Source: a virus
Taxonomy: Duplodnaviria > Heunggongvirae > Uroviricota > Caudoviricetes
DNA length: 38,281 nucleotides
Reading direction: 5' to 3' (one strand)
IMG/VR virus record: IMGVR_UViG_2737471992_000010
Coordinates: 1-38,281 of that record
Every line of letters starts with the position of its first letter. The stretch's first letter is position 1. This document shows, piece after piece, positions 33,792 through 38,281 of this stretch. The position numbers and the translations under genes are program-made. Under the pieces are notes generated by a model, which was given only the letters and a program-made list of their open reading frames with translations, was not told the DNA's origin and searched no databases.

Positions 33792-34376
33792 ATGAAAAGT
33801 ATCCAGGACGTCCGCAGGCAAAATCTCAACGACTTGATCGACCGTGAATTCAATGGTGTTCAGACGCGGATGGCTGAAAAACTTGGAACTCAGGCAAATC
33901 TGGTAAACCGCTGGGCTCTTGGCAAGAAGGTTATCGGCGACCAGGTTGCGCGAAAAATTGAAGCTGCCGCCAATAAACCCCGTAACTGGCTTGATATCGA
34001 TCGCTCGCTTTCTCAGGAAGGTTTTCAGCCTGTCGGACCAAGCGACATTGGTCAACTGGCGGCTCACAACCTGGAACGCTGGATGAGCGAAAGCCGCGAC
34101 CTTTCAACGCAGGGAAAACTTCACCGCGCATCCGGCGTCGCCCAGGTAACAATCAGCCGCCTGTTAAACAATGAGGTCAGCGTTTCCATTTCCACCCTGG
34201 AGAATGTTGCATCCGCATTTGGGCGTCACGGATATGAATTACTGATTCACCCGCACGACCCCGCGACTATCAACTATGACCGCTCGCGCTACGCATTGTT
34301 ACCTGAAACAGAGAAGGCAAAGATCGAAAGTTACATTGAATTTGTCATCAACCAGAACGAAAAAAACAAACAATAA
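33792..34376 (+). CDS. Prophage repressor with two HTH (XRE-type) domains and no peptidase S24 domain
   Basis: 194 aa; two HTH-like segments (QTRMAEKLGTQANLVNRWALGKK and HRASGVAQVTISRLLNNEVS); no Ala-Gly/Ser-Lys autocleavage module; sits between OR-like and OL-like operator clusters. Confidence 0.65.
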   Translation: MKSIQDVRRQNLNDLIDREFNGVQTRMAEKLGTQANLVNRWALGKKVIGDQVARKIEAAANKPRNWLDIDRSLSQEGFQPVGPSDIGQLAAHNLERWMSESRDLSTQGKLHRASGVAQVTISRLLNNEVSVSISTLENVASAFGRHGYELLIHPHDPATINYDRSRYALLPETEKAKIESYIEFVINQNEKNKQ

Positions 34377-34397
34377 AATCATATTTTTCAGTAAGTA

Positions 34398-34421
34398 AGC
34401 CGCCTTCTGGCGGCTTTTTTA
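34398..34421 (+). terminator. Rho-independent terminator after the repressor gene
   Basis: AGCCGCC-TTCT-GGCGGCT stem-loop followed by TTTTTT. Confidence 0.65.
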
Positions 34422-34432
34422 TTGCCTATTTG

Positions 34433-34511
34433 ATTACCTAACGGGTAATTTTTTTAACTCATATCTATTGACATCAAACCAGATACGCATAATTATTACC
34501 TCAACGGTAAC
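34433..34511 (+). promoter_or_regulatory. PL-like promoter with two flanking operator sites (34433-34449 ATTACC-TAACG-GGTAAT; 34495-34511 ATTACC-TCAAC-GGTAAC)
   Basis: Consensus -35 TTGACA at 34468-34473, -10-like AATTAT about 17 nt later overlapping the second palindrome; GAGG RBS and ATG at 34530 follow. Confidence 0.55.
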
Positions 34512-34529
34512 AGACCGAGGTAACAAGTT

Positions 34530-34682
34530 ATGCAGTGGAAAATCATCAACGGTTGGTACTGCGTTACTGCATGCGGATTCATGAGCTGGAAGTTCCGCAC
34601 CTTACAGGAAGGCATTAAGTGGGCTTTCGTCAGCAAAGAAGCTCGCGATGTGGCCAACGATAACGAGATATGGGAGGGCTGA
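34530..34682 (+). CDS. Small Trp/Cys-containing protein (51 aa), first gene of the rightward early operon; not in the ORF track
   Basis: ATG with GAGG RBS at 9-nt spacing; MQWKIINGWYCVTACGFMSWKFRTLQEGIKWAFVSKEARDVANDNEIWEG; stop TGA 34680-34682. Confidence 0.45.
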   Translation: MQWKIINGWYCVTACGFMSWKFRTLQEGIKWAFVSKEARDVANDNEIWEG

Positions 34683-34684
34683 TA

Positions 34685-34984
34685 ATGAACGTTAATCAGC
34701 AGAAAAATCTTCAAAAAATCATGCTGGCATTCGACAAGGACTACCGCCTGTCAGAACAGCTATATGACCGACAAGTTGAACTGATTGAGAGTATCCGGCT
34801 TCATCAACTGGCATCAACTTTCGACGTTGTAACAGTTAAAGGCGTTCGCCAGGAAGTACTGGAGGCCGCTAAAGACAGTCCAGAGTTCGAAGAACTGATG
34901 GATTCCTACCGGCGCGAGGCAATGGCAATTATCGCCCGCTGGGATCTGGCTGATCAGCTTGATGGGCAGAGGGACGCGGCATGA
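34685..34984 (+). CDS. Hypothetical early protein
   Basis: 99 aa from ATG 34685 with GGGAGGG RBS; the track start at 34670 lies inside the RBS. Confidence 0.5.
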   Translation: MNVNQQKNLQKIMLAFDKDYRLSEQLYDRQVELIESIRLHQLASTFDVVTVKGVRQEVLEAAKDSPEFEELMDSYRREAMAIIARWDLADQLDGQRDAA

Positions 34985-35802
34985 AACCGGGAATTTATTT
35001 CGATATCAGCAACGAGGACTACCACGCCGGTGACGGCGTGAGTAAGTCGCAGCTAGATATGGTGGCTAAGAACCCTGCCCTTCTGAAATGGGTGAAGGCT
35101 GCTCCGGAAGACGAAGAGAAGAAGTCTGCACTGGACATGGGTACTGCTCTGCACTGTCTGCTTCTGGAACCTGGAGAGTTTGACAAACGCTTCATCGTTT
35201 CACCGAAATTCGATCGTCGGACAAAACAAGGTAAAGCTGACGAAGAGGCATTTATTCGTGATGTAGCGGATATGGGGATTTCGGTACTTGATGCAGAGCA
35301 GTGGCGAAAACTGGAGCTGATGCGTGATAGCGCAATGGCTCACCCGGCGGCACGCTGGATGTTGGAAGCACCTGGTTACTGCGAAGCATCAATGTACTGG
35401 AACGATGAAGAGACGGGTGAGTTGTGCCGAATTCGTCCAGACAAATGGCTGAACGAGCACAACGTGATCGTCGACGTGAAAAAGGTTGCAGATATGGACC
35501 GTTTTGCACGCCACATCGAGGAATTCCGCTACCACGTGCAGGACGCAATGTACCGCGAAGGCGCAATGAGGGTTACTGGTCAGCCGCATGGTTTTTTCTT
35601 TCTTGCCGTGAGCGAAAGCATTGATTGTGGTCGGTATCCGGTACGCGTGTTCGAGCTGGATGCGCAGGATGTCGATGCCGGGCACGCTCTGTTCCGCCGG
35701 GATCTGAATACCTATCACGAATGCCGCATCAATGATGAATGGGGCGGTGTGGAAATCATTAAACGCCCTGAGTGGGCACGCAAACAGGATATGTACATAT
35801 GA
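34981..35802 (+). CDS. Recombination exonuclease, PD-(D/E)XK (YqaJ/RecE-like) family
   Basis: 273 aa; candidate catalytic D...(V/I)VDVKK motif; directly coupled to the annealase gene. Confidence 0.6.
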   Translation: MKPGIYFDISNEDYHAGDGVSKSQLDMVAKNPALLKWVKAAPEDEEKKSALDMGTALHCLLLEPGEFDKRFIVSPKFDRRTKQGKADEEAFIRDVADMGISVLDAEQWRKLELMRDSAMAHPAARWMLEAPGYCEASMYWNDEETGELCRIRPDKWLNEHNVIVDVKKVADMDRFARHIEEFRYHVQDAMYREGAMRVTGQPHGFFFLAVSESIDCGRYPVRVFELDAQDVDAGHALFRRDLNTYHECRINDEWGGVEIIKRPEWARKQDMYI

Positions 35803-36740
35803 GCAACGACATCGCAAACATCAACGCACCAGTAGACACAGCAATCGCTGGAACTGCTGCAACTATTTTCAGCCCAGACGGCTTGAACCAACTGATGAAA
35901 TTCGCCGAGGTAATGGCGCAAAGCCGCGTAACGGTACCGGCGCACCTCGCCGGGAAACCAGCTGATTGCATGGCCGTGGCAATGCAGGCTGCGCAGTGGG
36001 GAATGAACCCGTTTGCCGTGGCTCAGAAAACCCATGTTGTGAACGGCACGCTAGGTTATGAAGCCCAATTAGTAAACGCAGTTATCTCAACGATGTCGCC
36101 AACAAAAGATCGCATCAACTACGAGTGGTTCGGGCCGTGGGAACGCGTGATCGGTAAGTTTGTTGAGAAAACATCCAAAAACGGCAATCCATATATCGCA
36201 CCAGGCTGGACTCTAAAAGACGAAGAAGGCTGCGGTGTTCGCGTATGGGCAACCATGAAGGGCGAGGATCAACCTCGAGTGCTTGAGTTAATGCTGTCTC
36301 AAGCACAGGTAAGAAACTCCACACTTTGGGCCAGTGATCCGAAACAACAACTCGCATACCTTGCGACAAAACGCTGGTCTCGCCTGCACTGTCCTGACGT
36401 AATCATGGGCGTCTACACCCCAGACGAATTACAGGAAACGGCACCGCGCGTTGAGCGAGACATTACTCCGCAAACGACCACTGCTGCGGGAATGAACAGT
36501 CTGATCAACGCTAAACCAGCGAAAAAGCCTGATGAGCAAACGCGTAAATCGGACAGCCGTGATCCAGAAGAAATGCTGATGGCCTTTACCAGCGCAGCGA
36601 TGAATTACAGCACTGTCTCCGAACTGGATAAGGCTTACAAATACATTGCACAAAAACTTTCAGATGATGACGAACTGCTGGCAAAAGCCACCGACGTTTA
36701 CAGCGTTCGTCGGGAAGAATTAAACGAAACATCTATGTAA
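35799..36740 (+). CDS. Single-strand annealing protein, Bet/RecT-like
   Basis: 313 aa from ATG 35799 (overlaps exonuclease stop as ATATGA); QWGMNPF and ERDITP segments echo lambda Bet QYGLNPW and ERDITP. Confidence 0.6.
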   Translation: MSNDIANINAPVDTAIAGTAATIFSPDGLNQLMKFAEVMAQSRVTVPAHLAGKPADCMAVAMQAAQWGMNPFAVAQKTHVVNGTLGYEAQLVNAVISTMSPTKDRINYEWFGPWERVIGKFVEKTSKNGNPYIAPGWTLKDEEGCGVRVWATMKGEDQPRVLELMLSQAQVRNSTLWASDPKQQLAYLATKRWSRLHCPDVIMGVYTPDELQETAPRVERDITPQTTTAAGMNSLINAKPAKKPDEQTRKSDSRDPEEMLMAFTSAAMNYSTVSELDKAYKYIAQKLSDDDELLAKATDVYSVRREELNETSM

Positions 36741-36789
36741 CCACCACCGCGGCGCCACGCGCGCCGCACTGCAACCAAGAGAGGTATTT

Positions 36790-37038
36790 ATGAAAGGTGC
36801 ATTAGGTAAGAAGGAACTCCTGGCGGTGGTTCCACTGTCATGGAGCACTATCGACCGTATGGAGCGCGCAGGGGAATTTCCTAAACGCTGGTATATCACC
36901 GATAAACGCTGCGCATGGAACCGTGATGAAGTTGAGCGTTGGCTTGATGAACGTCAGGCAGCAAGCCCGGCAGAGTTCCAGGGTAAAAAACCTCCTGTTC
37001 AGCAACGTGTATATCGTCCCGTGAGCAACGCGGCATGA
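36790..37038 (+). CDS. AlpA-family HTH protein (excisionase/regulator-like)
   Basis: 82 aa; GAGAGG RBS; segment LLAVVPLSWSTIDRMERAGEFPKRWYITDKRCAWNRDEVERWL fits the AlpA/Xis-type winged-HTH pattern. Confidence 0.6.
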   Translation: MKGALGKKELLAVVPLSWSTIDRMERAGEFPKRWYITDKRCAWNRDEVERWLDERQAASPAEFQGKKPPVQQRVYRPVSNAA

Positions 37039-37147
37039 GTGTGCTGCTAAGGCACTGGAGCAAATGGTCAGGATGGTACTTATTCCTGGCCTCTGTTTCA
37101 GCATGGCTTTATCTGCTGGCATTAATTTTCAGAGAGGGTTGGATTAA

Positions 37148-37447
37148 GTGAGAAAGTTAAGCCGACTTGAAAAATATCACATGAACAAGGTTTCAATGCG
37201 CAGTCCGTCAAAGATTGTCGCCGTTACTCCTGCGGCGATAGAGATCGAAAAACGCGCGATTGAAAGAGAGAAAAAAGGGCAGTTCCGCATTGCCGCTCAC
37301 CTTTGGCTTCAGTGTATGGATGTTGCTTCTGGTGATGTTGAGCGTGCAAGGATCGCGGTTCGCAGGGACCAATGTATCACAAAAGGTAACGGCCTTCGCC
37401 GTGGCGACTATAGCGGCATAGGATGTTGTGGGGTGGTTTATGACTAA
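37148..37447 (+). CDS. PerC-family transcriptional regulator-like protein
   Basis: Segment EKKGQFRIAAHLWLQCMDV...ERARIAVRRDQC fits the PerC/Pch pattern (KG..RRAA..W......ER..I..RR..C); GTG start at 37148 assumed, true start may be internal. Confidence 0.45.
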   Translation: MRKLSRLEKYHMNKVSMRSPSKIVAVTPAAIEIEKRAIEREKKGQFRIAAHLWLQCMDVASGDVERARIAVRRDQCITKGNGLRRGDYSGIGCCGVVYD

Positions 37448-38090
37448 GAAATACACACTAATCTATGCAGATCCACCCTGGGTATACCGGGACAAAGCCG
37501 CAGATGGTAATCGCGGTGCCGGTTTTAAATATCCGGTTATGAGTGTGCTGGATATCTGCCGCCTTCCTGTGTGGGATTTGGCCGATGAAAACTGTCTGTT
37601 GGCCATGTGGTGGGTGCCAACACAACCACTCGAAGCACTAAAAGTTGTTGAGGCCTGGGGATTCCGTCTGATGACCATGAAGGGATTCACGTGGATAAAA
37701 TGTGGTAGTCGACAACCAGATAAACTGGTTATGGGTATGGGGCACATGACTCGCGCCAATAGTGAAGATTGCCTGTTTGCAGTTAAGGGAAAACTACCTA
37801 CGCGCATTAATGCAGGGATCGTTCAGTCATTTACCGCACCGCGGCTTGAGCATTCAAGAAAACCAGATGTCGTTCGTGAAAAACTTGTGCAATTGTTAGG
37901 CGATGTTTCTCGCATTGAACTGTTCGCCCGCCAGTCGTCTCATGGCTTCGATGTTTGGGGTAATCAGTGCGAAGACCCGGCCGTGCAACTACACCCAGGA
38001 TACGCGTTGGATATTGGCGGATTAACAAATGCATTCAGCAATGCTCCGCTGTCACCAACAGACAACCAGGGACGGGAGCGTGCAGCATGA
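37440..38090 (+). CDS. DNA N6-adenine methyltransferase, MT-A70 family (orphan)
   Basis: 216 aa from MTKKYTLIYADPPW; catalytic DPPW motif near the N-terminus as in MT-A70 phage methylases; no restriction partner nearby. Confidence 0.7.
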   Translation: MTKKYTLIYADPPWVYRDKAADGNRGAGFKYPVMSVLDICRLPVWDLADENCLLAMWWVPTQPLEALKVVEAWGFRLMTMKGFTWIKCGSRQPDKLVMGMGHMTRANSEDCLFAVKGKLPTRINAGIVQSFTAPRLEHSRKPDVVREKLVQLLGDVSRIELFARQSSHGFDVWGNQCEDPAVQLHPGYALDIGGLTNAFSNAPLSPTDNQGRERAA

Positions 38091-38281
38091 ACAGGGCATC
38101 ACCTGCAGATTTAAGGAAATGCCTTGAAACTGCAAACATGCTTGCACATAGTGGGATCAGGTTTGTTCCAATTCCCGCTGTCACTGATGATGAATTTGCA
38201 ACGCTGTCAGCAATATTCGCAGACAAAATTGAATCACTGGCAGCAGAAGCAGAGATGGAAGAAAATCAGCAGAATAATTAA
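38087..38281 (+). CDS. Small hypothetical protein (64 aa)
   Basis: ATG overlaps the methylase stop (ATGA); ends with TAA exactly at the window edge. Confidence 0.4.
   Translation: MNRASPADLRKCLETANMLAHSGIRFVPIPAVTDDEFATLSAIFADKIESLAAEAEMEENQQNN

Larger units (their letters stand above)
1141..38281. mobile_element. Prophage (temperate podovirus-like, T7-like virion module with lambdoid control region); extends beyond the right edge
   Basis: Contiguous lysis, tail fiber, virion, terminase, replication, immunity and recombination genes; left boundary lies between the terminator at 1116-1139 and the Rz stop at 1289; no integrase or att site seen in the window. Confidence 0.85.

Noticed and set aside
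1-38281. CRISPR arrays, insertion sequences or transposase genes
   Set aside because: No regularly spaced short direct repeats and no transposase-like ORF were seen; the only regular repeat array is the ori iterons inside the O-like gene.

Overview
Almost the whole window (about 1140 to 38281) is one prophage on a mosaic plan; the left ~1.1 kb holds two plus-strand secreted-protein genes that look like host flank. Its minus-strand virion module is T7-like (portal, scaffold, major capsid, tail tubular A/B, internal virion proteins, gp17-type tail fiber) but no phage RNA polymerase is present. It is joined to a lambdoid control and replication region: a two-HTH repressor without a protease domain, Cro-like regulator, O with in-gene ori iterons, P, terminase small and large subunits, and a rightward early operon with a PD-(D/E)XK exonuclease plus Bet-like annealase, AlpA, a PerC-like regulator and an MT-A70 methylase. 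A four-gene lysis cassette (holin, second membrane protein, GH19 endolysin, Rz with embedded Rz1) sits at the left end. Integrase and both att sites are not in the window. The most interesting signals are: (1) a 17-bp palindrome, (A/T)TTACC-N5-GGTAA(A/T), found at 12 intergenic sites in 8 promoter regions; (2) a perfect LexA box in front of a small paralog of the antirepressor C-terminal domain, pointing to antirepressor-based SOS induction; (3) an AT-rich two-gene cassette of unknown function under one of the palindromes, the best candidate for an undescribed accessory system; (4) a phage-borne tRNA-Arg(UCU) behind a long hairpin-rich leader. All family assignments are from reading the translations by eye; no searches were run.
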